From: Cetorhinus maximus | Taxonomy: Eukaryota | NCBI RefSeq assembly: GCF_964194155.1 | Contig: NC_135901.1 | Coordinates: forward strand, 22,010,001-22,074,000 | Reading direction: 5' to 3' | Length of the DNA: 64,000 nucleotides | In this document: piece by piece, positions 51,533 to 64,000 of the stretch | How positions within the stretch are numbered: position 1 is the stretch's first letter | Layout of the letters: each line of letters starts with the position of its first letter | The notes under the pieces: model-generated | The model's input: the letters and a program-made list of their open reading frames with translations, nothing else | Told to the model about the DNA's origin: nothing | Database searches by the model: none | Made by a program: the position numbers and the translations under genes

Positions 51533-52513
51533 TCAACAAATCAATGAATCCCTACCAACACTCAGAGTAGGTGAAGGGCATCTCTCCTCAGTGTGAACTC
51601 GACGGTGATTCTCCAGGCTGGATGAATCAGTGAATCCCTTCCCACACTCAGTGCAGGTGAATGGTCTCTCTCCAGAGTGAACGCGTCGGTGTGTCCGCAG
51701 GCTGGAGGACTCAGTGAAACCCTTTCCACACATGGAGCAGATGAATGGCCTCTCTCCAGTGTGAACTCGCCGGTGTGTCAGCAGACTGGTTGACTGAGTG
51801 AAACCCTTCCCACACTCGGAGCAGGTGAATGGCCTCTCCCCAGTGTGAGCTTGCTGGTGTCGCAACAGGCTTGATAACTGAGTGAATCCCTTTCCACACA
51901 CGGGGCAGATGAATTGCCTCTCTCCGGTGTGAACTGCCCAGTGATTCTGCAGGGTGGATGATTCACTGAATCCCTTCCCACATACAGAGCAGGTGAACGG
52001 CCTCTCCCCAGTGTGAACTCGCTGGTGTGTCAGAAGGTGAGATGACCGAGTGAATCCCTTTCCACACTCAGAGCAGGTGAACGGTCTCTTCCCAGTGTGA
52101 ACTTGCCGGTGCTTGCGCAGGGCGAATGAACGACTGAATCCCTTCCCACACTCAGAGCAGGTGAACAGCCTCTCTCTGGCGTGAACTCGCTGGTGCTTCT
52201 GCAGGGCTGATGAATGAGTGAATCCCTTCCCACACTCAGAACAGGTATATGGCCTCTCCCCAGTGTGAACTCGCTGGTGTCGCCGCAGGGCGGATGAATG
52301 AGTGAATCCCTTTCCACACTCAAAGCAGGTGAAAGGCCTCTCCCCGGTGTGAATCCGTTGGTGTTCCTGCAGAGTGGATAACTGAGTGAATCCCTTCCCA
52401 CACTGAGAACAGATGAACGGCCTTTCCCCAGTGTGAATGCGGCGATATGTTTCCGGCTGGGATGGGAAACTGAATCCTTTTCCACAGTCCCCACATTTCC
52501 ACGGTTTCTCCAT
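51533..52513 (-). CDS. C2H2 ZNF with 10 intact fingers plus 1 degenerate; 3' end frameshifted and cut by the Copia LTR
   Basis: accATGG at 52513; uninterrupted array to ~51590, then frameshift; finger sequence abuts the LTR at 51471; donor 53827, acceptor 52863. Confidence 0.75.
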   Translation of the reverse strand: MEKPWKCGDCGKGFSFPSQPETYRRIHTGERPFICSQCGKGFTQLSTLQEHQRIHTGERPFTCFECGKGFTHSSALRRHQRVHTGERPYTCSECGKGFTHSSALQKHQRVHARERLFTCSECGKGFSRSFALRKHRQVHTGKRPFTCSECGKGFTRSSHLLTHQRVHTGERPFTCSVCGKGFSESSTLQNHWAVHTGERQFICPVCGKGFTQLSSLLRHQQAHTGERPFTCSECGKGFTQSTSLLTHRRVHTGERPFICSMCGKGFTESSSLRTHRRVHSGERPFTCTECGKGFTDSSSLENHRRVHTEERCPSPTLSVGRDSLIC

Positions 52514-53819
52514 GGTGCCGGTGTCCTTGTGTCTCTTCCAGGCTTGACAATCAGTTAAAGTCTCTTCTACCACAGAACATGTGTATGGTTTCTCCCTGCT
52601 GTGAATGGTGTGATTTTTTTTGTCAGGCTGTGTAACTGGTTAAAGCTCTTTCCACAGTCAGTGCACTGGAACACTCTCACTCGGGTGTGTGTGCTCAGTG
52701 CTTTTCCAGTCGCACTGATGTTTAAAATCTTTTGAAGCAGACAAACATTTCTGCATCTAGATTCAGAGGCTGGTGATATTCAGGTCCCATCAAATCAAGT
52801 GTCTATAAGATTTGGAAATGTCATTTGAGATTTCTGTCTGCAAATCCTCCCCTTCTAATCAGCTGTCAAAAGAGTTTACAAAAGTCATCACTGTCAGTAC
52901 AAGATAAAAATTCAGAACAGATAATTCTAGTTTCTATGGAACATTCCTTCCTCTCTCATTCCCAAAAGCTGTAAATCTCTGTCCCACACACTCTCCCTCC
53001 ATTCTCACTCTGCTGTACCTAATAATCAGCCTCCCAATTCTCCTGAAGGTGACGATACATGCTCACCTGAAAATCTTCATGCAGGCTGCTAGCCTATGTC
53101 CATATTACTGGACTAAAAATGTGTGTAATATAGAGGACTTCATTACTTGATTAGAGATAAAGAGAGAATGTGAGGAAGAACTTTATTTAGGCAGTCAGCT
53201 GTTGTGGCCTGGGACTCGCTGCCTATGAGGCTGGTGGAAGTAGAGACGATCAAATGATTCAAAATGAAATTGGATAAAGACTTGAAGGAAATAAACTTGC
53301 AGGGTTCTAGGGATATAGAGGGGAAAAGGAATGACTGGATTGCTCCACAGAGAGTCAGCATGGACTCGAGTTGCCTTTTGGATTCCTTTGGTGTTGTAAT
53401 GACTCAGCGATTGGAAATATATAACGTAGCTACAGTACTATATTAGAAAACAATAAATAGTTGTAAATTTTCTTTATTACAGAACCATAAATAATATATC
53501 AACTAAGTAACATATAACAACACTAGACATATCTTTGTCCTATATTAACTTACTGTTCCCTTAAATGCCAGCCATCTCCTGGGGAAACCATACCTTTAAC
53601 TGTGAACATTAAGAAAGAGACCATCCTTTTTGCCAGACAAATAAATGTGTCAAGCTGAGGGAGCAAAGGATGTCAATGTCGTTAAGAGAGAGACCTGGGC
53701 CAACCTTTCCAGAATCTGCACCCTCCCAGGATTCACTTCCCTTCCCTTCAGTTCCTGCAAGTCAACAATTTACCCCCAGAATTAGAAAAGAAATGGAAAG
53801 AGGAAGGAAAGAAAGTGTT

Positions 53820-54120
53820 TTACTCACAGATGTTGGACACAGGAGGAAGTTTCAGGCTGTGTGAAGCTCAATCTTCATTGTCACAAAGTACGCGCTCTGA
53901 TTGGCTGGAGGACCAGAGTTCTTCCGGTCCTCCAACTCTTCCCATTGGACCGAACCGCAGCAAGAAGGTGGGATGGGCTCTCCCTGGCATATGCGCAATT
54001 TCCCTCTCCGTTAGACATGTGTAGTCCCGGGTCGCCCGTCCGCTCGATGGATTGAGCGGTTTCCCCAGCGCGAGGACTTGTGGGGGCTGCAGCCGCCATT
54101 ACTCATCCGGAGCTCAGCTT
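53820..54120. promoter_or_regulatory. Bidirectional promoter plus first exon
   Basis: Minus-strand donor atctGTGAGT (53822-53827), ATTGG x3, dyad 53906-53934, catatgcgca, gccgccatt (YY1-like). Confidence 0.72.
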
Positions 54121-54601
54121 CCAAACTCCTGGGACTGGAATGAAAAATGGGAGTGGAGGGCGCAGTGACCTCAATCTGTTCAAACACTTTGTCAGCTTCA
54201 GGCGTAAAGATTTTGACTAAAATAAAAACTGAAAGTCTTGGAGACAATCACAAGGTCTGGCCACATGTGTGGAGAGAGAAACAGAGTTAACATTTTGAGT
54301 CCAATATGGCTCTTCTTCAACGATGATTTGAAACACCTGGGTGACATATTGTGAAATACAATAAGTGAGTGTGAAACTGAACCTGAGAGTCTGCACCTTC
54401 TGGGGAGGAGAATTGGGAGAAAAGCAGGAGGAGGATAACAGGATGAATTAAGGCTACAATCAATAGGGAGAAGGGAGTGTGTGGGGGGACAGAGATTTGT
54501 CATTTGCGAGGGAGAAGGATGTTCCATGACAACTAAAATTGACAGTTCTGGATTTCTACTCCTCGCTCACAGTAATGTATTTTTGTAATCTCCTTTTACA
54601 G

Positions 54602-54845
54602 GGGATTAGTAGGGAGGATTTGCAGACAGCAAACACAAACCAAACATAAAATCAAAATCTGATTTAGTCACTCAATTCATCAGGTCCTGACGATCATCGG
54701 CCCTTGAATGTGGAAGGAGAAACATTTGTCTATTCTGTCTGTGGGATCTTACACCAGGCTATGGCTGTTTAAGAATTCCACTTGTGGGAAGGGATTCGCT
54801 TGCTCATCCCACCTTCTGACACACTAGTGACTTCATGTTTGACTG
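54602..54845 (+). pseudogene. Collapsed ZNF last exon (leader plus last finger; array deleted)
   Basis: Acceptor ttttacag; leader 'REDLQTANTNQT..SSGPDDHRPLNVEGETFVYSVCG'; one terminal finger relic; conserved 3'UTR 54845-54980. Confidence 0.8.
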
Positions 54846-55604
54846 AAGGGGTTAGATTCTGCTGTTCTTGCTGCTGTTAATCACATCCAGGATTGAACCA
54901 TATTCATTCTAACAGTTGGGGTCTGTTTCTGCTGTTATTAATCCCTATAACTGGGCTGGAGTCTAATATTCTGGTAATGTCAAATAAATCAGCTTTGTTT
55001 TGGACAAACAGTTTGTCAAGTCCTTGATGTCACTGAGAGATGAAAAGGTAGGTTTTAAGAAGAGTCTTAAAAGAGGAGGGAGAAGTGAATGGGTTAAGGG
55101 AGGGAACTCCAGAGCTTTGGAACCTGGCATCTGAAGACTGAAAGAGTGTCAGCCCAGGGTTTTGGGGGACTTGAGTCTGTGGAGTGGGGACTCAAACCCA
55201 CGAAGTTCAGACTCAGAGGCAAGAGTATGAGGCTGACTGAGGCATGGTGTTCGGGGAAGTGATGTGAAGTGTCAGTGGCCTCATCCTTTCCCTGTCATTT
55301 GCCCCATTCCAGGATCAGCAGACCGAGCTGAGAAAATAGGCAACAATTAAAAGGGGCATGAAGAGTGTTAAGAAAATAAACTTCTTCACCCAGAGAGCGG
55401 TGAGAATGTGGGACTGGCTACCGCACAGAGTGATTGAGGTGAATATCATAGATGTGTATAAGGGGAAGCTGCATAAACACTTGAGGAAGAAAGGTGGGAT
55501 TTGTTGAAGTAAAGTGGGAGGAAGTTCGTGTCCAGTACAAATGACATAGACTGAATAGCCTGGTTCTGTGCTGTACATTCTGTGTGAAGAACTTGCCTCA
55601 TACA

Positions 55605-56240
55605 ACACAGGAACATTGGAACAGGAGAAGGCCTTTAAGCCCGTCGAGCCTGCTCCATCATTCAGTACGATCATGGTTGATCGAATGCTTCGATGCCTTT
55701 TACTTACACTGTCCCCATAATCCTTTACATTATTGTTAATCAGAAATCTATCAATCTCTACCTTCAACATACTCAATGACTGAGCTTCCATAGCCCTTCG
55801 GGGTCGAGAATTCCAAAGATTCCCCCTCTCTGAATAAAGAAATTTCTCCTCATCTTGGTCTTAAGTGGCTTCTCCTTATTTTGAAATTGTATCCCCTGGT
55901 TCTAGGCTCCCCAACCAGAGGAAACATCTTACCCACATCCAACCTGTCTATTTCTTTCAGAATTTTGTAGGTTTCAATAAGATCACCTCTCATTCTTCGA
56001 AACTCTAGAGAATGCTGGCCAAGGTTGCCTAGTCTCTCTTCATAAGACAATCCTGCCATCCCCAGAACAAGGCTGGAGAACCTTCGTTGCACTCCCTCTA
56101 CAGCAATAATATCCTTTCTGAGGTAAGGGGACCAAAACTGCACTCAGTACTCCAGATGCGGTCTAACCAAGCTCCTATACAATTGAAGGAAGACTTCACT
56201 ACTCCTGTACTCAAATCCTCTTGCGATAAAGCCTAACATC
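55605..56240 (-). mobile_element. CR1 LINE 3' end
   Basis: 'QFWSPYLRKDIIAVEGVQRRF..YEERL..RGDLIETYKIL'. Confidence 0.9.
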
Positions 56241-56554
56241 TCCCAACCTTCAGCCAATTAAATACTTATTTCTAAGACTAGTCGTTTCAGCATTTGTAAC
56301 TTAGGTTGAGATGAGGCGATTTTAACATGTAAGCCAATCTCAAGTTTCAGCTCGGAATCTTAATGTACAAACAGCGCATATTTAGAAATATAGACATAGC
56401 TAGGGACCAGAGGATATTGGCTAAAGATCAGGAAATGGTCAAATAGAAACCTGCCCAGGATCCAGCAGGACGGGCTGAACAAGGGGATACTAGTTAAAAG
56501 GGGCCAGGATACACAGGGACTCTGTTCTAAAGGGGTTTGTGTACATACACAGGT

Positions 56555-57380
56555 AGACCATGTCCAAATGCAGCATGACCTGGACAATATCTAGGCTTGG
56601 GCTGACAGGTGACAAGTAACATTCGTGCCACACAAGTGTCAGGCAATGACCATCTCCAACAGGAGAGAATCCAACCATCGCCCCTTGACGTTCAATGGCA
56701 TTATCATCACTAAATCCCCCACTACCAACATCCTGTGGGTTACTATTGACTAGAAACTGAACTGGACTAGCCATATAAATACTATGGCTACAAGAGCAAG
56801 TCAGAGGCTAGAAATAGTGCGATGAGTAACCCACCTCCTGACTCCCCAAAACCTGTTCACCATCTACAAAGCACGAGTCAGGAGTGTGATGGAATACTCC
56901 CCACTTGCCTGGATGAGTGCAGCTCCCATAACACTCAAGAAGCTTGACACCATCCAGGACAAAGCAGCTCGCTTGATTGGCACCACATCCACAAACATTC
57001 ACTCCCTCCACCACCGATGCGCAATAGCAGCAGTGTGTACCATCTACAAGATGCACCACAGGAATTCACCAAGGTTCCTTCAACAGCACCTTCCAAACCC
57101 ACGACCACTACCATCTAGAAGGACAAGGGCAGCAGATAGATGGGAGCACCGCCACCTGGAAGTTCCACTCCAAGTCACTCACCATCCTGATTTGGAAATA
57201 TATCGCCGTTCCTTCACTGTCGCTGGATCAAAATCCTGGAATTTCCTTCCTAACAGCACTGTGGGTGTACCTACACCACATGAACTGCAGTGGTTCAAGA
57301 AGGCAGCTCACCACCACCTTCTCAAGGGCAACTAGGGATGGGCAATAAATGCTGGCCCAGCCAGCGAAGCCCTCATCCCA
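56555..57380 (+). mobile_element. LINE family B 3' fragment
   Basis: 'MEYSPLAWMSAAP..LDTIQDKAARLIG'; tail ctagggatgggcaataaatgctggcc. Confidence 0.88.
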
Positions 57381-58199
57381 TTCTGTTTGTACAAACCCTG
57401 AGCAAAGCGGTCTGCATACACACAGAATTTGAGCTGAAGGGGTTTTCATACACACCCTAAGCAATATAGTTCCAAGTCAGGATGGTGTGTCACTCACAGG
57501 AGAATTACATGTGCTGCTGTTCCCATGTGTCTGTTGCCCTTGCCATTCGAGGCTGTGGGATTGGAAGATGCTGTTGAAGCAAACTTGGAAAGTTGCTGTG
57601 GAGCAGTTGTAGATGATACACATTGCAGTCACTGTGTGTTGCTGCTGGAGGGAGTGAATATTTAAGGTGGTGGATGGGGTGACAATTCAATGGTCTGCTT
57701 TGTCTTGAATGAACTTTCCAATTTGAATAAGACTGGCTGAAAAGTAATATTTGGTTCAGGAAATAATTGGGACCCAGTAAATTTAAATAATTTCAGTCCA
57801 TTTGCTAAAATTCTGATCTTCCAAGACATATTGCGACAAATCACACGAGATGATGGTAGCTGAATTGAATGCCTTGGCTCCTCACCTGGACATTTGACGA
57901 ACAAGAGGCATTGATTGGACAATAGCTGGAAACAATGAGCTGAAATGGTCTTTTGTGAGTAAAACTATTTCTCTTTAACCCAGGATGGGCTATATCAGAG
58001 TTAAAGGCAATACCAGGCTAAATTACATTGAATATACAGCACAGAAAAAGGCCATTCAACCCAACAGATCCATGCCAGTACTTATACTTCATTTGATCCT
58101 GCTCCCATCTAACGATCAGCATATCCTTTTGTTCATTGCTCCACCGTGTGTTTATCCAGCTTCCCCTTAAATGTATCTATGTTATTCACCTCAACATCA

Positions 58200-58840
58200 C
58201 TCTGTGCTGCTACCTTCAGGGATCTGTAGCCATACCCTTCAAGGTCCCTCTATACTTCTCAGTATCCTACCATTTATTGTGTATTCCCTTGCCTTGTTAG
58301 CCTTTCCCAAATTCATTACCTCACATTTCCCCGGATTAAATTCCATTTGTCACTTTACTGCCCATCTGACCAGTCCATTCAGCCCAAAGCTTTCTTCCTC
58401 ACTATCAAACCCACAGCCAATTTGAGCCTCATCTGCAAACTTCTGAATCATAACCCCTACGTTTAAGTCTAAATCATTGATCTGTACCATGAACAGCAAA
58501 GGACCTGATACTGTTACCTATGTAACCCCACTGGAAACAGCCTTCCAGTCACAAAAACATCTGTCGACCATTATCCTTTGTTTCCTGTCACTGAGCCAAT
58601 ATTGGGTCAAACTCGCCACTTACCCTTGGATCCCGAGTGTTTAATTCACTGATTAATCTGACATGTGGGACCTTATCAAAAGCCTTTCTAAAATCCATAT
58701 AGATTACTTCAAATGCACTACCCCCATCAACCTTCCTTGTCACGTCCTCAAAAAATTCTATCGATTTAGTCGGACACGACTTTCCCTGAACAAATCCACA
58801 CTGATGACAGCCCTTAGTTAATTCATGCCTTTTTAAATGA
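58200..58840 (-). mobile_element. CR1 RT fragment
   Basis: 'GFVQGKSCPTKSIEFFE..IYMDFRKAFDKVPH'. Confidence 0.85.
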
Positions 58841-59059
58841 GGATTTATATTGACAGTAACAAGGGTTGAGCGAGGCCCAATCAGTGTACTGAGAGGAACA
58901 CAGGGTGGGAGAGAGAGTGAGAGGGAGAGAGGAGACCGAGACTGAGACCCCAGTCCGTAACATAAAATAAGTAATGAAATTGAATCCAGACACAGATATG
59001 TATTAACTAACACCATTTTATGAACAGATTAACAGAGTAAACACTGTACTTGGGTCAGA

Positions 59060-59244
59060 TAAAGACAAAATACTGCGGATGCTGGAAATCTGAAACAAAA
59101 ACAAGAAGTGCTGGAAAAACTCAGCAGGTCTGACAGCATCTGTGGAGAGAAAGACAGAGTTAACGTTTCAAGTCTGTATGACCCTTCTTCAGGATCTGAA
59201 GAGTCATATGGACTTGAAATGTTAACTCTGTCTTTCTCTCCACC
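59060..59244. mobile_element. Penelope family-A pLTR pair, back-to-back with two hammerhead motifs
   Basis: Minus strand CTGAAGA-a-GGGTC-ataca-GACTT-GAAAC-GTTAAC (59159-59192); partial plus-strand copy 59196-59244. Confidence 0.8.
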
Positions 59245-60314
59245 GTACTTGAATAGTAACAAAAACAAATAATGAAATTAAGACCAGACACAGACATGCA
59301 TTAACTAACACCATTTTATGAACAGATTAACAGAGTAAACACTGCTTGAATCAATGTTATTAACTGATAGAGTTAATCTGACCATTAATTGATTCAATTC
59401 CATCACAATAACCCAGCATCAGATAGGTCTGCTTTGTATACAACAGGGTTATACCCAGTGTCCAATATTAGAGGTCACTGTGGCTGTTGAACGCCGAGTT
59501 TCACTGCCCCAGCTGACAAGCCCACAGCTTCGGAAAACTAGTCTACACAGGGTATGTTTCTAAAGCCTGATCACAACATCTTGCCTGGTTAACTGTTGTA
59601 TGTACCATCACGGTCAGGAAGCTTACACAAAGCTCAACCATAAACTATGGTTTTTCTTTCTCCTGATTCCAGGTCCAACAAGGGGTTGTGTCACCATCAA
59701 CCCCGTTTTCCCCTCATGTGCCCCAAATGGTTGGAGGTTCATTTCCCAGTCAGTCCTCCAGCACCTCCCTGTCTCTCTATTAGTACGATGCCCACGGCTG
59801 TTTCCCAACGGGGGCCCAGGCCCCGTTATTCTCATTTACACTTAGACCTCAGCTCTGTCGCCTGGCTGTCATTGACACGAGCAGTAGAGAGACAGAGTGG
59901 TGTCAGAGGCTCAAATGGGAAGTCGAAACCTACAGCTCCAAACCAACACTTCAACATTTAAGAACATAAGGAATAGGAGCAGGAGGCCATTCAGCCCTTC
60001 AAGCCCATTGCACCATTCAATATATTCAATGGCTCATCTTCTACTTCAACACCATTTCCCTGTACTATCCTCGTGTCCCTTGATGTTTTTAAGATGTAGA
60101 AATCTATCGATCTCAGTCATACTCAGCAGCTGAACCCGCACAGCTGTCTGGGGCAGAGAATTCCAAAGATTCACCACCCTCTGAGTGAAGACATTTGCTA
60201 GTAAAATACATGTTATTTATACTGGGATTCTTGTTGTTAGGTTTAGACACTGGAGGCAGAGTGTGGGGGCATTTAAAGAGTAACTTTCTCTTTCTAATTT
60301 GCGTTGTCTATAGT

Positions 60315-60655
60315 GTCAGCCGTGGTTCAGTGTGCAGGACTCTCACCTCTGAGTCGGAAGGTTGTGGGACCAAATCCAACCCCAGAGACCTGAGCGCCAA
60401 AATCAAAGCCCACGTTCCTAGTGCCAGCACTGAGGAAGTGTCCCACTGTGTTGGAGATGCCATCTATTGAACGAGATGTTAAACTGAGGGCACCGTCTGC
60501 TCTCTCAGAGGTTTGAGGGATCTTGCTCTGCACAAATTGGCTGCTGCGTTTCATACGACAAAGGCTTCAATTCAGAAAGCACTTCATTGGTTGTAAAGCA
60601 CTTTGGGGATCCTGTGGTGGTGAAAGGCCCTGCAGGAATGTAAGTCATTTTTTAA
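60315..60655 (+). mobile_element. tRNA-headed Deu-domain SINE (SacSINE1-like), internally deleted
   Basis: gtcagccgtggttcagt head, gagatgttaaactgagggcaccgtctgctctctcag Deu core, gttgtaaagcactttgggga tail. Confidence 0.8.
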
Positions 60656-61610
60656 TTGTCAGCAAACTTGGACACATTACACTCGAAGCCCTCATCTAAA
60701 TCATTAATGTAGATTAAAACCTAATTTTGTATTATATCCTCTTCTGTAACACCTTTTCAAATCTTTTCTGAAAATCTAAACACAATACATCCAAAATTAT
60801 TTTAAACACGCAGCGAGTTGTAGTGATTTGGAATTCACTGCCTGAAAACCTGCTGGAAGCAAATTCAACTGTATCCTTCAAAAGGGAATTGGACAAATTC
60901 TCGTAAGGAAAGGAAAATGTCAGGGCTACGGGATTATTTGGATAGCCCTTTCAAAGACCCAGCATGAGCATGATGGGCTGAACAGCCTCCTTCTGTGCCC
61001 TATGAACCTCGTGTGCATTTAAAAGGGACGGGGGGGGGGGGGTCATCTTCATTTGTGGGTGTTATATTAAAGAAAGCAGGGCCTCCTCTTCTCTGTATGT
61101 TTAGTTTAACACTTCAATCTCCCCTTGGTGGCAGCTGGAATTTAATACAGAGAAGTGTGAGGTGATGTGATTTGGCAGAAGGATTAGGGAGAGGCAACAT
61201 AGGAATAGAAATAATTATAAACATACTTTACTGCTGAAACATAAATAATATATCTAATATGTACTATATAACAACACTGGACATATCTCTGCTGTTATTA
61301 TCATGTGAAGACCAATAAGGTTAATAAACAAATTCCCAGGCAACCCCAATGGAATAAACTGAAGGACAAGGTTTCACTTTTTAAAATTTTTACTATAGCA
61401 ATCAAGCTAAAAGCAACATTAGTGAAGCCTGCATTAACAGACAAACAGGATTTGAATAGACAGGATAAATTTGACTTTAAACGGCTCATACAATAAAAAC
61501 AGGCTCCACAAAATCACCAGCATTTCCCCCCTCAGCATATTTGGCATTAATTCCAGTTACAGAGTCCCACAACTCTCTGTATTTCCCAGGCAAAGGAAAT
61601 AAAGTGTTTC

Positions 61611-62145
61611 ACTCACAGATGTTGAACAAAGGAGGAAGTTTTTGTGTGTATGAAACTAAAAACAAATGCTGAGCTGATGAAATCAGACTACAGGACTTGG
61701 AAGAAAATAACGTGAACACATTTTGTCCCCTCCCCTCAGCTGGCAGCCCAGCACGCAGGCGCAGAAAGAGCTGCTGTCCCGAGCAGTCCGAAGCAGACGC
61801 AATGCGGCTGCAGTCAGAGGTCACTCTCGATCTCTTTTTGGCCCAGCCAGCCGCCATAGAGAATGATTGGGGAGGGGGAGTTCGCCGAGCGGCTTCTCGC
61901 TCTGGCCGGAGCCGTCAGCCGGTTGCGGCTGGAGAAAGTGTTGGAGGAGGAGGAACAATGGGTGGGGGCGGGGATCCCGTGTCCGCGCGCCTGGCCTGCA
62001 GGCTGGAACCCGAGCACGTCACCGCGGAGCAGAGTGATTCCTATTGGCTGATTCAGGCAGGGTTCCATTGTGGACGTCACAATTCGGAAGTTGGACAATG
62101 AGCTTCAGACTGAAACTTCCTCCTCTGGGCAACATCTATGAGGAA
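61611..62145. promoter_or_regulatory. Bidirectional CpG promoter with paralogous first exons on both sides
   Basis: Minus-strand donor at 61611-61616 (aacatctGTGAGT); plus-strand homolog aacatctATGAG at ~62138 (donor mutated); ATTGG, GC box, gacgtca, gccgccat. Confidence 0.7.
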
Positions 62146-62439
62146 ATCAGTGTTTCCCTCTGACCATTTCTTTTCGAATTCTGAGGGTAAGTTGTTGACT
62201 TGCAGGAACTAAAAGGCAAGGAAGTAAATCCAGGGAGAGTGCAGACTCTGGAAAGGTTGGCCCAGGTCTCTTTCTTGAGACATTGACATGCTTTGCTCCC
62301 TCAGCTTGACACATTTATTTGCCTTGCTAAAAGGATAGTCTCTTTTGTAATGTTCACAATTAAAGGGGTGGCTTCGCAGGAGATGATCAGCATTTAAGTA
62401 GAGAGTAAATTAACAGAAGACAGAGATCTGTCTAGTTTT

Positions 62440-63880
62440 TTTATTCATTCACAGGATGTGGGCTTCGCTGGCTGGGCCCATCCCTAGTTGCCCTCGAGAA
62501 GCTGGTGGGTGAGCTGCCTTCTTGAACTGCTGCAGTCCATATGGTGCAGGTACGCCCATAGTGCTATTAGGAAGGGAGTTCCAGGATTTTGACCCAGCGA
62601 CAGTGAAGGGACGGTGATATATTTCCAAGTCAGGATGGTGAGTGACTTGGAGGGGAACTTCCAGGTGGTGGTGTTCCCACCTATCTGCTGCCCTTGTCCT
62701 AGGTGGTCTTGATCATGGATTTGGAAGGTGCTATCTAAGGAGCCTTGGTGAATTCCTGCACTGCATCTTGTAGTTGCTACACACTGCTGCTACTGTGCAT
62801 CAGTGGTGGAGAGAGTGAATATTTGTGGATGTGGTGCCAATCAAGTGGGCTACTTTGTCTTGGATGGTGTCAAGCTTCTTGAGTGTTGTGGGAGCTGCAC
62901 TCATCCAGGCAAGTGGGGAGTGTTCCATCACACCCCTGACTTGTGCCTTGTAGATGATGGACAGGCTTTGGGGGGTCAGGAGGTGAGTTACTCGTCGCAG
63001 GATTCCTCGCCTCTGACCTGCTCTTGTTGCCACAGTATTTACATGGCTAGTCTAGCTCAGTTTCTGGTCAATGACAACCCTGAGGATGTTGACAGTGGGG
63101 GATTCAGTGACGGTAATGCCGTTGAATATTATGGGGTGATGGTTAGATTCTCTCTTGTTGGAGATGGTCATTGTCTGACATTTGTGTGGCATGTATGTCA
63201 CTTGCCACTTGTCAGCCCAAGCCTCAATGTTGTCCAGGTCTTGCTGCATTTGGACATGGACTATTTCAGTATCTGAGGAGTCAAGATTGCTGCTGAATAT
63301 TGTGCAATCATCAGCGAACGTCGCCACTTCTGACCTTATGATGGAAGGAAGTTCACTGGTGAAGCAGCTGAAGATGGTTGGGCCGAGGACATCACCCTGA
63401 GGAACTCCTGCAGTGATGTCCTGGAGCTGAGATGGTTGACCTCCAACAACTACAACCATCTTCCTTTGTGCTAGGTATGACTCCAGCCAATGGAGACTTT
63501 TCCCCCTGATTTCCATTGACTCCAGTTTTACCAGGGCTCCTTTACGCCACATTGGTCAAATGCAGTCTTGATGCCAAGGGCAGTCACTCTCACCTCACGT
63601 CAGGAGTTCAGCTCTTTTGTCCATGTTTGAACCAAGGCTGTATTGAGGTCAGGAGCTGAGTGGCCCTGGTGGAATCCAAACTGGGTCTCAGTGAGCAGGT
63701 TATTTCTAAGCAAGTGCCAGTTGATAGCCCCGTTGATCACCCCTTCAATTACTTTACTGATGATCAAGAGTAGATTGATGGGGCGCTAATTGGCCGCATT
63801 CAATTCATCCTGCTTTTTGTGTACAGGACTTAACAGGGCAAATTTGACATAGCCAGGTAGCTGCACTGCAACAGCTTGGC
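62440..63880 (-). mobile_element. LINE family B fragment in a ZNF intron
   Basis: 'WLESYLAQRKMVVV..GVPQGDVLGP..FADDCTIF'; flanks 62105-62430 and 63890-64000 match the ZNF intron at 53410-53860. Confidence 0.9.
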
Positions 63881-64000
63881 TGGATCTACATGCTATATGT
63901 ATATGATAGGTATTGTTTATGGTTCTCTAATCAAGTACATTAATTTTATTTCTAGTCTGGTAATTTTCTGCTGTATATATTTCCAATCATCAGATCATTA

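Noticed and set aside
61697-62101. GC-rich ORFs over CpG promoters (also 34383-34727, 25224-25727)
   Set aside because: Stop-poor because of GC content, overlapping on both strands, with no domain similarity.

Overview
Vertebrate genomic DNA, very probably a cartilaginous fish (Deu-domain SacSINE-like SINEs, abundant CR1/L2/RTE LINEs, Neptune-type Penelope elements, '[14 protein letters not shown]' zinc-finger proteins). The window is a birth-and-death cluster of about 11 C2H2 zinc-finger (ZNF) loci on both strands, with no KRAB/SCAN/BTB exon seen. Two ORFs are intact (36129-36887, 46684-47190), one long ORF is 3'-disrupted by a Copia insertion (52513-51533), and the rest are pseudogenes or stubs. 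The loci share a cassette: a CpG-rich promoter (NRF1-like GCGCATG, CCAAT boxes, GC box, a conserved GGAGGACC..GGTCCTCC dyad), a short first exon, a conserved acceptor and acidic leader, decayed first fingers, an internal ACCATGG start made from a TGEKP linker, and a conserved 3'UTR. Between the genes lie retroelement debris, including hammerhead-ribozyme-bearing Penelope elements, a Copia (GalEa-like) LTR element in two collinear pieces, solo LTRs with ATAT target duplications and two minisatellite families. TE boundaries were placed by eye and are approximate unless a TSD is quoted.
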